Position numbers and translations under genes: made by a program | Shown: in pieces, positions 39,501-52,499 of the stretch | Position numbering within the stretch: position 1 is the stretch's first letter | How the letters are laid out: each line of letters opens with the position of its first letter | DNA from: Rhina ancylostomus | Taxonomy: Eukaryota | Direction of reading: 5' to 3' | NCBI GenBank assembly: GCA_030265395.1 | Contig: JARFYF010000029.1 | Coordinates: 29,177,787 to 29,241,786, forward strand | Length of the DNA stretch: 64,000 nucleotides | Notes under the pieces: model-generated | Database searches by the model: none | Told to the model about the DNA's origin: nothing | Seen by the model: the letters and a program-made list of their open reading frames with translations, nothing else

Positions 39501-39919
39501 CTCCCAGCTGCATGCTTAAGTGCTGGCAGCTGTGAAAAATTTGAATGGAGCTTTTCATTAACACCTGCTGTTTCTGAAACTGCAGCATACACGTGGGAGC
39601 TCAGCAATTCTGTTTTTTTAAATGCTATTAAATTTTATATTTTACAAACTTTTATTACAGAGGTAGGGACACATCCAATATTGTTTTAACACTGAATAAA
39701 TGGTGCAGACATTTTTCAAGGCCTATGCTCATAATTCCAGCTAATGTGTACTAAAATTCTGAAATAAAAACAGAAAACATTGAAAATGTTCCGTGGGTTA
39801 GGCAGCATCTGTGGAGAGGGAAACAGCGTTAATGCTTTAGGTCAATGACCTTTCATCAGAACTGGGGGATATAGTTAGATCATAAATTGTTAACTTTTTG
39901 CACTAAATTCCTGCTCATA

Positions 39920-40174
39920 ATACAGCACACAAAAATATTTGGCTGTTAATTATCTCTGAGACTGTACTCAGAGTAGGTTAAATGGTTTAGTGCTATTGTA
40001 CACCTTCATCTTTTGCATCATTTATGTTTGTGAATACATTTAAAAATAAGAACACATTGAATGACCTCTTACAGGACAGTATTCAAGAGCAAACAATCCA
40101 TTATAAATTGACAAGCAGCTTTTGTGAAGATGAGTACATAGCTATTTCAATTTGCTATGAGGTATATGTGTAGG
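39920..40174 (-). pseudogene. Distal part of a pseudo-exon split by the Rex1 LINE
   Basis: LHIYLIAN*NSYVLIF continues the frame of AEQTEDS at ~42692. Confidence 0.35.
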
Positions 40175-42690
40175 CTGGTAAATTGGTTTATTATTGACAC
40201 ATGCACTGAGGTACAGTGAAAAACTTGTCTTGCACACTGTTCATACAGATCAATTCATTACACAGTGCATCGAGGTAGTACGAGGTAAAACAATAACAGA
40301 ATACAGAATAAAGTGTTATTGTTACAGATGAAGTGCAGTTCAGGTAGGCAATAAGGTGCAAATTCATAATGAGGGAGATTGTGAGGTCAAGAGTCGATCT
40401 TTTCATATCATGGAACCATTCAATAGTCTTATAACAGAGAAGTAGAAGCTGTCCTGGAGCCTGCTTTCAGACTTTTGCATTTTCTGCCCAGTGGGAGAGG
40501 GGAGAAGAGAGAATGTCCAGGGTGGGTGGGGTCTTTGATTATGCTGGCTGCTTTACTGAAGCAGCAAGAAGTATAGACAGAGTCCATGGAGGGGAGGCTG
40601 GTTTCTGTGATGTGCTGAGCTGTGTCAACAATTCTCTGCAGTTTCTTGCGGTCACAGGCAGAGCAGTTGCCATATCAAGCCGTGATGCATCAAGATATTA
40701 TGCTTTCTATGGTGCATTGATAAAAATTGGTGAGTGACAAAGGGGACATGCCAAATTTCTTTAGCCTCCTGAGAAAGTAGAAGTGCTGGTGAGCTTTCTT
40801 GGCCATGGCATCTATGTGGTTGGACCAGGACAGGGTATTGGTGATTTCATTCCTTGGAACTTGAAGCTCTCAACCCTCTTGACCTCAGCAACATTAATGT
40901 AGACAGGAATATGTACACTGCTCCTCCTTCCCGAAGTCAATGACCAACTCTATTTTTGCTGACACTGAGGGAAAAGCTGTTGTCATGACACCATACGGCT
41001 AGGCTCTCTATCTCCTTCCTGTACTCTGACTCATCGTTATCTGAGATTCGAACCATTACGGTGGTATCATCTCCAAATTTGGAGATGGAGTTAGAGCAAA
41101 ATCTGGCCACACAGTCATGAGTGTATAGGGAGTAGAGTAGAGGGCTGAGGATGCAACCTTGTGCGGTACCAGTGTTCAGAATAATCATGGCGGAGGTGTT
41201 GCAGCCTATCCCTACTGATTGCAGTCTGTTGGTCAGGAAGTCAAGGATTCGATTGCAAAGGGAGGTGTTGAGTCCCAAGTCTCAGAGTTTGGAGATGAGT
41301 TTGCTTTGAATTATAGTATTGAAGGCAGAGCTACAGTCAATAAACAATAGTCTAACGTAGCTGTCCAGGTGCTCCAGAGATGAGTGTAGGGCCAGGGAGA
41401 CAGCGTCAACTGTAGACCTGTTTCAGCAGTAGGTGAACTGCAGTGGGTCGAGGTTGTCTGGGATGCTGGAGTGGATGCGTGCCATGACCAGCCTCTCAAA
41501 GCACTTCATGATGATGGATGTCAGAGCCACCGAACAATAGTCATTAATGCATATTACCTTCTTTTTCTTAGGTACTGAGATGATACTATCTTAAAGCAGG
41601 AGGGAACCTCAGAATGGAGCGGGGCGAGGTTAAATATGTCTGCAAATACCCCCGGCAGCTGATCTGCACAGGGTCTAAGGACACAGCCAAGGATACCATC
41701 CGGGCCAGGTGCTTTGCATAGGTTCACTCCCTGGAAGACTGATCTTACCTTCGCAACAGTGACTGTGGATTCAGGTGCATTGGAGGCTGTCGGGGTGGGT
41801 GGTGATATACCAATCCCCTTCTGTTCAAAACATGCACAGAATGCGTTAAGCTCATCAGGAAGGGAAGTGCTGTTGTCAGCAATGCTGCCCGACTTCATTT
41901 TGTAGCCTGTTATAGCATGTAAGCCCTGCTACACAACTGACGGCTGGTCTTGGGCTCGATTCTGAACTGATATTGCCTCTTGGCATTTCTGATAGCTTTT
42001 ATGGGGGTCGTATCTCGATTTCTTGTATAGGTCAGAGTCACCTGATTTGAAAGCCACAATCCTAGTCTTCAATAGGGAGTGGATCTCCCAGTTCATCAAT
42101 GGTTTCTGGTTTGGGAACACCCATATTGTTCTCTTTGGTACACAGTCCTCAACACACTTGCTGATAAAGTCCATGATGGTGGTGACATTTGCATTTAGGC
42201 TGGCAGCTGAGTCTTTGAACATGGACTAGTCTACTGACTTAAAGCAGTCGAGTAGAAGCTTATCTATTTCCTCAGACCAGCACTGTATGACTTTCTGTAC
42301 TGGACCCTCCCACTTCAGCTTCTGTTTGTATGCAGGGAGAAGGAGCACAGCCGGGTGGTCTGACTTACTAAAGTGAGGGCGGGGGGCTGGCTCGGTTGGC
42401 ACCTTTGATGGATGTGTAGCAATGGTTAAGTGTGTTTGGGTCCCTGGTGGGACAGGAGATGTGCTGGTAGTATTTTGGTAACATACTCCTGAAGTTGGCC
42501 TGGTGGATTCACCAGAAATGATGAAGAGGGCCTCAAGTTATCTTGTTTCAAGGCTGTTGACCACAGAGTATAGTTGATTGAGTGCAGGCTTCATGTCCCC
42601 CTGGGATGGGATGTAGACTGCAATCAGGATAACTGAAGTGAAATCACGTGGCAGGAAGTACGGGCAGCACTTCACCGTCAGTGGGAAGGA
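40175..42690 (-). mobile_element. Rex1/Babar LINE, 5'-truncated, with degraded APE-RT ORF
   Basis: KAPGPDGI; [32 protein letters not shown]; FPNQKPLMN; 3' tail aataataaaccaattt. Confidence 0.9.
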
Positions 42691-43095
42691 AGACTATCCT
42701 CAGTTTGTTCTGCCCATCTATCCAACCTCATATTGTAACAGGTAGTTATCCACATTTGCAATCTTTTAAGTCATTGCCAAAACCCAAATCAAAAATAATC
42801 CAAATCTTTGCCAAATGTCTGGCTGAGGCAACAAGAGAACGAAGAGTGAGGGGACAGCAAAAGCATTTATTCTCTCCTCACAGGAAGTTTGTGGAGCTGA
42901 CACAAAATATCAATGAGCTGAGTTACAGGCTGTTGCCTATTAACTCGACAGCTGCATGACTGATACATCAACAGGTGGCCCTGACCGTTGATCAACAAGA
43001 TTGCAAAGGCATTCTCAATGAATGTGGTTCATAAAATGCTCACGAGCAGAACTCAATGATAAACTTAACCCTTTTGACATTAGCATGTAGAGGAT
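42691..43095 (-). pseudogene. Pseudo-exon, CABIT-like second half
   Basis: PHSLRMPLQS followed by QPVTQLIDILCQLHKLPVRRE. Confidence 0.5.
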
Positions 43096-43470
43096 CTGCT
43101 TGCCATTGGTTCCTATCTCTGTAATTCCTCCATCCCAACAACCCACCAATGACTGTGTGTGCCTCCAGTTCAGCCCCTCTGTTTACACAGTGCCAATTTT
43201 AATCACTCCGTGACTGGTTGCCATCCCCTTAATCACTGGAATCCATCCCGCTGCGCTGTCAAATGCACTCTTGATTCCTCTTACATTGACTTTATCCCAC
43301 TTAAGGTCAGAGCTGTTGAAATCATTTACCATTACTAGCCCATGGTTTTTGTGCTTTTGATAAATTTGCCAACATTTTTGCTCTTCTACCCCCACCCCAA
43401 CTCTGATGTATTAGCTTATTGACATTTCATTGTCAATCTTTCTGTGAGGGGAGGGTATAACACATTTTAC

Positions 43471-44036
43471 CCTCCTCTCAATCTCTTGTTTTGTTTTATT
43501 TGGATATTTAGGGTAAAATACCAGTGGTGTGGTTTCCCCTCTTCACTTCAGTTTACAGGGCCACGTTTGTTGATATCACCTTCTCAGAGCTACAGTTATT
43601 TCTTTAACCAAAATTAAAGACTGCTTCTCCGTTTTATCCCCCTTCTCATTCATAAACTGTTGCCAAAAAATGCTTCCATGCAAGAAGTGGTTGAAAGAGG
43701 TTCTTTTTTTAAAAAGAGTTTTGGATTTTATTCACAATTCCTGCCACAACCACTGTGAGTTAAATGCTTGTCTTCTGTGCTATTAATATCTGGTATAACA
43801 CATGTGATTTCAATAAATATTTTGGAATAAATATATCCAGTCTAGCAATTTGCCAGAATTATCAATTTCAACCCACATCCACTTTCTATTTCCTCAGCTC
43901 ATTCCTTCACTGCTCCAAGTTATCCATCACAAATTCATGACATTTGTTCCAAATCTGAGCCCAGCAATGTTTTGCTGTGACTTCTGTCCTTCAGGAAGTG
44001 GACAAAAACAACCTCACCTCTCTTCATGCCCCTGGT
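43471..44036 (-). pseudogene. Pseudo-exon, CABIT-like first half
   Basis: Strong acceptor tttctctgcctctgtAG and donor GTAAAA. Segments ITWSSEGMS and PLVFYPKYPNKTK. Confidence 0.55.
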
Positions 44037-44729
44037 CTACAGAGGCAGAGAAAGGGAAGGTATNNNNNNNNNNNNNNNNNGTGCATCACACATGAAATAA
44101 TCTTGCACTTTAAATCAGAAATTCAGCAGCAAATTAAAAGTGTGAAAATAGTGCAGTTAAAACATGGGTAGTTTGTGACAACACAGCTTAGAAATGGCAT
44201 TTGTACATTACATAATGGGAGCTATGCTTCAGTAAATAGCATACCACCTCTGAAACAGTAGGTTTATGTCCTATTTCAGAAATAAAAATCTGGGCTGAAC
44301 CCCACAGTGAAAGTCTTGCACTATCAGAGATGTTTCAGATGAGATATTAAACCAAGCTTATGTCTAGTCTCTCCTGAGGCACAATTTCATTTAAAAGTAG
44401 GGCATTTATCCCTGTTGTCCTTGCCAATATTTCTGTCCAATTAACATACCTAAATCATTGTTACACCACCATGACAACGTGGTCTGTGCAAATTGCCTTC
44501 AATGTTTCCCATATTACATCAGTGAATACCCCTCAAAAGTACTTAAGTTGAAATCAAAATACAGTGGATGTTGGTAATCTGCAACAAAAACCGAAGAAAC
44601 TGAAAATAGTCCACAAGTCATGCAGCATTCATGGAATGAGAAGCTGTTAATATTTCACATCAATTACCTTCCATCAGAACTTTGTGAAATGCCTCAGGAT
44701 ATCCTGAAAGAGATGTGCTATATAATTGC

Positions 44730-44960
44730 AAGTCTTTCATGTCTTCCTTTTTAACATAGGGATGAAGGTAAAGTACAAGAACTCTAAGATATGGAATATA
44801 ATTTAATCTCAGTTTTAATGTATATCCCACGGGTTCCATAATCTTATAACCCATTATGCAGATTTATCCAAATTACTTTTAGACACCCTGATACAATTCC
44901 AAAATACTAGAGGTTCTAAAACTACATTTATATAATGCCTTTCACATCTCTTTCAGAATA
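44730..44960 (-). pseudogene. Possible pseudo-exon continuation
   Basis: EPVGYTLKLRLNYIPYLRVLVLYLHPY. Confidence 0.3.
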
Positions 44961-45439
44961 TTGCAAAAGCATTGTACTGCCAATGAAGAACTATTGGTGC
45001 AAACAGCACGGTAACATAGGAAATGCAGCAGCTGATTTGCACACAGCAAGCTCCCACAAATGGCAACATGATTCTGATTAAATAATTTGTTTTTTATTCC
45101 TTTTTGACTGAAGGATAATTATTAGCCTAGATTGCAGGGATAACTCCCTTGTTCTTTTTTGAAATAGAGCCTGGAGATCTTTTACCTGAGAGAGAAGAAA
45201 CCAAGGCTCCGTTTCCCATCCAAAAGGCAACAGTGCAGAACTCTGTCAATACTGCACTGGAATGTCAGCTGAGATTTTTGGACTCAAGTTGCCAGATTGA
45301 TATTTGAACTCAGTCCATTCTGACACAAAGACAAGAATTCTAGCAAATGAGTCATAGGTGACAAGGCACTGCACATTTATGGAGTATGAAAAACAATGCA
45401 CAGATTGCGGTGAGGTGGGTGGGTCAGGGAGAGAGAGGT

Positions 45440-45755
45440 GGATATAAAGGATTTATACAGTCTCTACTTCATCTGCTAACAAAACAATTCTAATTATCGG
45501 GTAAATAGTTTATTGCAAATACAATAGAGCAAGTCTGAGAACAAAAACAGTAGAACCTGTACCTTAAATTTATAGGCTTTTAATTGGGAACTGCCTGTGT
45601 GGCAAAACAGTTTTATCAATTTTACATTGTTACTTAACATAAAGAAAATATTAGAGCTCAGAAAATCCTGAAACCATATAGGTTTGCTTACAATTGACTG
45701 TAGTTCAGATTTAAATTGTTTCATGTCATATTAATCTTATGATAAAACCCCTATT
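45440..45755 (-). pseudogene. Pseudo-exon, CABIT-like start
   Basis: Strong acceptor tttttttctttcAG, phase 2 matching the upstream exon. Translation SIVSKPIWFQDFLSSNIFFMLSNNVKLI...YKFKVQVLLFLF. Confidence 0.55.
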
Positions 45756-46339
45756 CTGAAAGAAAAAAACTACAGCTTTCCAGGATTTTTTTTCAATCTA
45801 CAACAATGTTTCAGACTTTGTTAGATCACAAGTAATGGCACAATTAACATACAGCAATGTCAGGAAAAACAGGGGAAGTGATTATAGAGACTGCGTCATC
45901 AGGCAGGACCACCAAGTAAGATTTGGAGATAAATAAGGATGAGTTCAACCTCTACGTACGTAGTGATTCACACATCGCCCACTTATAATTAACTTATTAC
46001 CATCCTCTGTAAGGTGGTGTCTGAAATGTACAATACATTATAATTTCTCACTATTACTGCTGCATTTGAGAGTAAAAACCACAAGATAGACACTTAAATT
46101 TGATTTTGCTTGCAACCAGAAAATGTTAACGTAATATATTTTGAATTATTTATATAAAATGTTGAAAATTACTCCTGTGGAAGTTTGGTAATCTGAGAAG
46201 ATTAACTTTGCTTTTTCTAGTCATTTTGGGTACAGTGCTAAATGGAGGATAGTAATTGCCTTTCTGATTGCTTATTGAAAGTGTCATTACTTTATCATAT
46301 TGATAGGCTTCATTTTAACTTCACAGACAAAAGCCTCAC

Positions 46340-46807
46340 CATGGCCTTACACTTGTGCAAGTTTCAGAAGACATTAGGTCCATCACATATTTCTTCAGAA
46401 CTGGTGCTTTATCTTTAATAGGATAGTGTTTTTCTGCAAAATGGTAGCCTTGAAAAGATTGAGTGATATATGGCAGGAATGGAAGTCAGATTAAAGAGTG
46501 TTGGCCCAAAACAGGCATTCCTGTAACCCGGGATATACCGAACAATGAAGGGTTGCATCCAGAACGGAATTTGATTTGCTACAATTGCTTTGCTCCTGGA
46601 CAATATCTTTGAATGTAATGCATATGAAGAGTAGCTCCTGAGCAATTACTGAGTTCTACGTGGGTGTTACAGAGTAAAAAGAAAGCATTAAACAACGATG
46701 GAAGAGCCATATTATAATGTCTGAGGATACATTGATTGATATAATTTGAATCCTCAGGGATCAGAATATCGTGAGTTCGCATATGAACCAGAAATAAGTT
46801 TTCTGCC
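46340..46807 (-). pseudogene. Pseudo-exon (468 nt, phase 2-2), CABIT-like
   Basis: gttttcAG acceptor and GTGAGG donor. Single frame AENLFLVH...MALPSLFNAFFLLC...SLI*LPFLPYITQSF...SVRP with only two internal stops. Confidence 0.7.
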
Positions 46808-47882
46808 CTGAAAACACTTCTTGTTTTATCTTTAAATTAAGTCATGTTATAACTTAAATCAATAGATCGTAACTTTAAAAATCAGTCATTTTTGAAGATT
46901 GGCAAGAAACCAGCTGATATATATAAACTGTGAGTTTGATGATGGGGAGAGAAGTGGTATGGGTTGTTATCTGCCTCCCAAATAAAATGCTACTCTGGTG
47001 AAAGTATAAGCAGCAGATAAGAGCAGTGTTTGAGAACATAGTTCTGTCTCCTAAAAGTGTCATATTTCTGCTTCAGACACTATTCAATGTACCCTGGCAT
47101 ACAACTCACAAACCAACCATCTCAATCAATTAGGATTCAAATCTAATATTCATATAATCCCCAGTAACCTCACAGCAGTATTGCTGCAGACCAGTGCACA
47201 CTTTTCACAGCTTGCACATACTACCAGCTGTGCAACCATGACAAGCAGGTCACCCAAACACATTGCCTCATGCAGCTCATTCATGTGTAAAGAAGGCATC
47301 ACATAATCACAAGCATCCATCCAATCAGGAGCCAGCAGGTCTCTATGACCTATCTCTCAGGGAGGAGATCCCTTGTTTGCAGTTATTGGAACAGCTGTTT
47401 TGATATTCTGGCTAATGATTGGATGGAAATCATAGCAGGTGATGACATCCTCATACTTATTCCCCCTCTCCACATCCCAGTCACACTTAATCCTACATTT
47501 TCTTCAATATACTGACAGAAAATGGTGTAAGCATATACAGTCTTCGTTGTCTTCCCCACCCCCACCTCTCATCACGTCCAACCCCCTTGTCTCTACCTTT
47601 GTGTCATTCTCTTCCAAACAGTCAAGAGCTGCAGCCTGACCAGATTATAGTACGTGAACAAGAAAAGAGTGAAGACGAAGTCAAATCTTTACTCAATTTT
47701 AACAGATACCAGCGGCTTCACAAAAAAAATGATGTCATCATCCCTCCTAATAAAAAAATGCTTGATCCTTATTGCAACCTAACACCCCATCTCCAACCTC
47801 ACTTTTCTTTGCAAAGTTTCTGAAGTTGTCAACACGAAAATGTCTTCAATTAAAATCATTAAAATGACAGCAGTAATCTAAC

Positions 47883-48250
47883 CCTCGTTGTTCTCTTTGA
47901 TTTTTGGCAAGATGAATGACTCCATCCTCCTTCATTGTCTTTCCATTGTGGTTCAATGGGTGGAACCAGTCATCTGGTTCCATTCTTTTCTATCTAGCTG
48001 CATTCAGGGGATCACTCACAGTGACTTTCCTTCCTGCACCTTCACTGCTGCCTCTGTTGTCTGTCAGAGATCTATCCCAGGTTTCTTCCTGTATCGTATC
48101 TATAGGCTGCCTCTCAGAAACATCATCAGAAAATGGGTGGTCAGTTTTCATATGTAGGCTGATAATGCCAGTACCAGCTCCCAATCCCTGCATCGTCTCA
48201 AAATTGCCTACTACTTGTTTGATATCCAGTGCTGGATAAGCAGATATTTT
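47883..48250 (-). pseudogene. 3' part of a pseudo-exon split by CR1
   Basis: YPALDIKQVVGNF...IISLHMKTDHPF...AAR*KRMEPDDWFHPL. Donor GTTAGA in phase 2 matches the next exon. Confidence 0.55.
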
Positions 48251-48251
48251 A

Positions 48252-49035
48252 ATAGAACATAGAACATTACAGCACTTTGGCCCACAATGTTGTGCCGACA
48301 TTTTATCCTACTCTAAGATCTATCTAACCTTTCCCTCCCACATACCCCTCCATCTCTCTATCATTCATATGGCCATCTAAGAGTCTCTTATATGCCCCTA
48401 ATGTATCTGCCCCCACAACCTCTGCCAGCAGTGTGTTCCAGCACCCACCACTCTCCGTGTGAAAAACCTACCTCTGACATAACCCTTATACCTTCCTCCA
48501 ACCACCTTAAAATTATGCCCCCTTGTGTTAGCCATTGTCGGNNNNNNNNNNNNNNNNNNNNNNNNNNNNNNNNNNNNNNNNNNNNNNNNNNNNNNNNNNN
48601 NNNNNNNNNNNNNNNNNNNNNNNNNNNNNNNNNNNNNNNNNNNNNNNNNNNNNNNNNNNNNNNNNNNNNNNNNNNNNNNNNNNNNNNNNNNNNNNNNNNN
48701 NNNNNNNNNNNNNNNNNNNNNNNNNNNNNNNNNNNNNNNNNNNNNNNNNNNNNNNNNNNNNNNNNNNNNNNNNNNNNNNNNNNNNNNNNNNNNNNNNNNN
48801 NNNNNNNNNNNNNNNNNNNNNNNNNNNNNNNNNNNNNNNNNNNNNNNNNNNNNNNNNNNNNNNNNNNNNNNNNNNNNNNNNNNNNNNNNNNNNNNNNNNN
48901 NNNNNNNNNNNNNNNNNNNNNNNNNNNNNCCCCAAGATCCCTCTGTTCCTCCACACTGCTAAGAGTCCTGCCATTAACCTTGTATTCTGCCTTCAGATTC
49001 GATCTTCCAAAGTGTATCACTTCACACTTCTCCAG
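48252..49035 (-). mobile_element. Young CR1 (HER1-like) LINE 3' part (gapped)
   Basis: HFGRSNLKAEYKVNGRTLSSVEEQRDLG; atagaacatagaac tail. Confidence 0.9.
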
Positions 49036-49209
49036 GTTTCCTCCAATAAAATATTGTAAGGATTGAAGCCATTGCCTTTAGTCCATCCTAATACCTCTCC
49101 ATCTCTTTCTCTTTTACAATGCTGCTTAGAACCTGCCTAATGGGCCAATACTTTAATCTCCTTCTGCTTTAAAATTGGCTGGTGCTACAATCTGCATTTT
49201 ATTTTCTTT

Positions 49210-49449
49210 TTACAAAGAGTGTCTTAAACAAACAAAGCAAACAGGCTTTCACTTGAGTTTTTTCGCCTTACTGGTAATTTGGGCATATTTTAAATATTTC
49301 CGAAGCCACTGTCTTTCATGACCCAAATCATATGACGAGCAAAGCATATGAGCATGGACTTACTGGATATAAATGCTGGGGCTATTTGACACGCACTGTC
49401 TGGTTAAAAGCTCATCTAGATTTGATATTCAAATGGCACTTCAATTTTT
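49210..49449 (-). pseudogene. Pseudo-exon, CABIT-like core
   Basis: Acceptor ttttttttacAG, phase 2. Translation (G)KIEVPFEYQI*MSF...NMPKLPVRR (cf. GAREM KIEIPVHYAGQF). Confidence 0.65.
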
Positions 49450-50887
49450 CTGTAAAAAAAATGAAATTAATCTTCTGAATAAAGAACAGACCAGATTGAT
49501 TTTCAGTATATTGCTGCTTTTTATATCTGATTGGCACACTCCTCCAGAGTTGCCTCCCACAATTTAGATGCAAGGTGTCTTTCTCATTGATCTGAAGCGT
49601 TCCAGAGTCCAGCACCATGGTCTAAACAGTGGCAGGGTCTCTGGCTGTGCAGTGAGGGTGCCCTGGAACAGTAGGTAAAGCCCCACCTGCAGTTTTACCA
49701 GTTGTCAAAGTGTTATGCAATCTTAAGAATTTTTAAATGCCTCTGACATTCAGAGACATTTAAAAACTATGACTGTTGAATATATTAAAAGTATTAAAAT
49801 TGAAAATGTTTAATTAACAAAAATTGGAGTTTAGGTAAAACACATAGAAGTAATTAAAAACATTAAATCAAAGCAACATTATTTTANNNNNNNNNNNNNN
49901 NNNNNNNNNNNNNNNNNNNNNNNNNNNNNNNNNNNNNNNNNNNNNNNNNNNNNNNNNNNNNNNNNNNNNNNNNNNNNNNNNNNNNNNNNNNNNNNNNNNN
50001 NNNNNNNNNNNNNNNNNNNNNNNNNNNNNNNNNNNNNNNNNNNNNNNNNNNNNNNNNNNNNNNNNNNNNNNNNNNNNNNNNNNNNNNNNNNNNNNNNNNN
50101 NNNNNNNNNNNNNNNNNNNNNNNNNNNNNNNNNNNNNNNNNNNNNNNNNNNNNNNNNNNNNNNNNNNNNNNNNNNNNNNNNNNNNNNNNNNNNNNNNNNN
50201 NNNNNNNNNNNNNTTCAAAAGAGAGTGGAGATGGTCAAAATGATCAAAGACTGGGGAGTAATTAAGCTCGTTTCACATCAGTCTGTTTTTCATCACACTG
50301 CAAAAGCATAAATAACTTCATAGGAGTGACTTGACATTGTGATGAATTTAGGCAGTGATCATTAATTATTCTTCTTTATGTTAAATTTCACTTTGATAAT
50401 GAAATGAAACTAAAGGGTCAAATATGAGCAAAAATTGCAAAGTTACAATTAGAAAGCTGCCATCTCCCTCTCTACTTGCTTCTAACAATCTTTACGCACA
50501 TGTAAACAGTCTGCTGAGGTATTTCTGGCAGCCTGCAGTGAGGTGCTGCATACAAATGCCTAGTCCTATATTTATCCTTTGCCCAGAAATGGTCTGGCTG
50601 CTGGTTACATCCTTCAGTTAGCACTCAGCTTAATCTCTTATTAAGCAGGAATGACTTCTTCACCGAGGAGAAAAAAGATGATAAAAAATGCTTACAAAAG
50701 TCTGAAGCTCTTTCCTTATTAGAAATGAATATAATTAAGACAAAATCCATGTAACTTTGTTGTTTTCACTTCCTGAGGCCACACAAGAAATCCCAGTTGA
50801 CAGGATGACCCAGTAACTTGTTCCAAACCTTCTGCCAAAGCTGCTGTATAAGCAGCTTCCAGAAAATATATATGAATGCAGGCTTAC

Positions 50888-50979
50888 CCTTTGATTTTTT
50901 TCCTCCCTCTTCCAAAGAGTTTTTTAAAATAATCATTACAATGTGACACAAAGCACCAAACAAAAGAGAGGGGTCTCTC
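50888..50979 (-). pseudogene. Pseudo-exon (92 nt, phase 0-2, open)
   Basis: cttattttcAG acceptor and GTAAGC donor. Translation ERPLSFVWCFVSHCNDYFKKLFGRGRKKIK. Confidence 0.7.
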
Positions 50980-51359
50980 CTGAAAATAAGGTTCTCCTCT
51001 GCTGCTTCTGCTAGTTCAAGGGCATGGCACGTACTTGAACCATCTTAGAATGCCACAACCTCTGCCCATCAGCAGTCACTGCCAAATACACCCTCCACGA
51101 TCATCTTCAGGTCACCAGTCCTACTTCCTTTGATTTATTTTTGCAAGCTTGGCTTTGTTATTTTTTCCACAGTCCCCTGTTACTTTTGTGATGTATTCTC
51201 TTGATGGGGACCATGTGATAAGGGGCACCAGAGGCAGCAATTTATGAGGCATCTGTGAAACACTGCAAATAGTTGTAAAGCTCCTTGGGACCTCCTAAAG
51301 TCATGACAAGCACTATACAAGTGCAAGTCGTTCTTTTTATCTTTTCTCATTACTGTTAC

Positions 51360-52192
51360 CTCCAGCTGCAATCACAGAACAATCGTATCAGATAAAATAA
51401 AAGGAGTTTCCATTTAATCCTCCATGTCACAAACAGTTTCCTTGATGGAGTACAGAGGGAAGACTAATACTGGGTAATTTGGGATGAAGTCCCGTAAAGT
51501 AGAACTGATTGCTTTTAAATCTGCTGACTGCAGGGAAAAGAATTGTTTTGATGTATTGGTGCAAGGTCTGTTTGTACCAGTGTTAACTAGTTTGCAGCAC
51601 AGTGCCACAGCAAATGGAAAGTTCACTCCAGGACAGCTGAAGGTAATATTTCAATCATCCTTACTTTGATGCAAACATTTGTCATTTGCCAGAGGTCATT
51701 TTACATTGGGACCTACTTTTCTCCTAACACAAAAAAACTGAATGTTTGGCTGCAGAAATAACAACTGACACCTAAAGTTAGCCCAACAGAAAAGACTAAA
51801 ACTCTAAACTTTAAGAATCAAATTAATCCTTGCTTGAGTGTTTCTATTCTGCCCTGTTACACAGTTGGTGCTAATTTCATCATGCTTGTCAAAGCGGAGA
51901 ATAGTCTTAACTTCTAAATGAATGTCATCATGTCCCATATTAAATTAGCAATTATCTCTAATGTTATGGAGACAGACTTCCTTTCATTATGGCCTCCTTA
52001 CACCTCTTTTCCCCTTCATTGCACAAAATTTTCCCTTTGGCCCTGGAAAACTCAAACTCCAATAGTCTTTACAAATAATCTTTATTAATGCTCCTGGCCA
52101 GTCATCATCTTTAAAGAGCTGTTATGCAAATTGTGTTTGCTGATTAATCTGCTTTCTTTTCAAAATGAGCAAGAATGGTTGTGGTATGTGCC
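51360..52192 (-). pseudogene. Pseudo-exon (833 nt, phase 1-0), CABIT-like
   Basis: YWSLSFPGPKGKFC; GVNFPFAVALCCKL; TLRDFIPNYPVLVFP; PFILSDTIVL*LQLE; donor GTAACA. Confidence 0.65.
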
Positions 52193-52499
52193 CTAATGCA
52201 TAGATATGATTATTTATGTGATTATCATGGCAGAGTGGTTAAATTACTAGGTTAGCATCCAGCTATTTGAGCTATTGTTCCAGGTGTGGGTCAAATCTCA
52301 TAATAGCCAATGGGGAATTTATGTTTAATTCAAATAATTAAATAAAACTGAAATAATATCAACAATATTAACAATGAAACCACCATACTGTCTAAAAAAA
52401 TCTGGCTCACATCTTGTGAACAAATAGTAAAAAAATTATTCTGTAGTTTCATTAAGGTTAATGAAAATCCTTTAGTTCATGGAATTTTTTAAATTATAG

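Noticed and set aside
40937-42222. Reverse-transcriptase ORFs as a retron, DGR or other novel RT system
   Set aside because: They are frameshifted pieces of an ordinary Rex1/Babar LINE in a eukaryotic genome.
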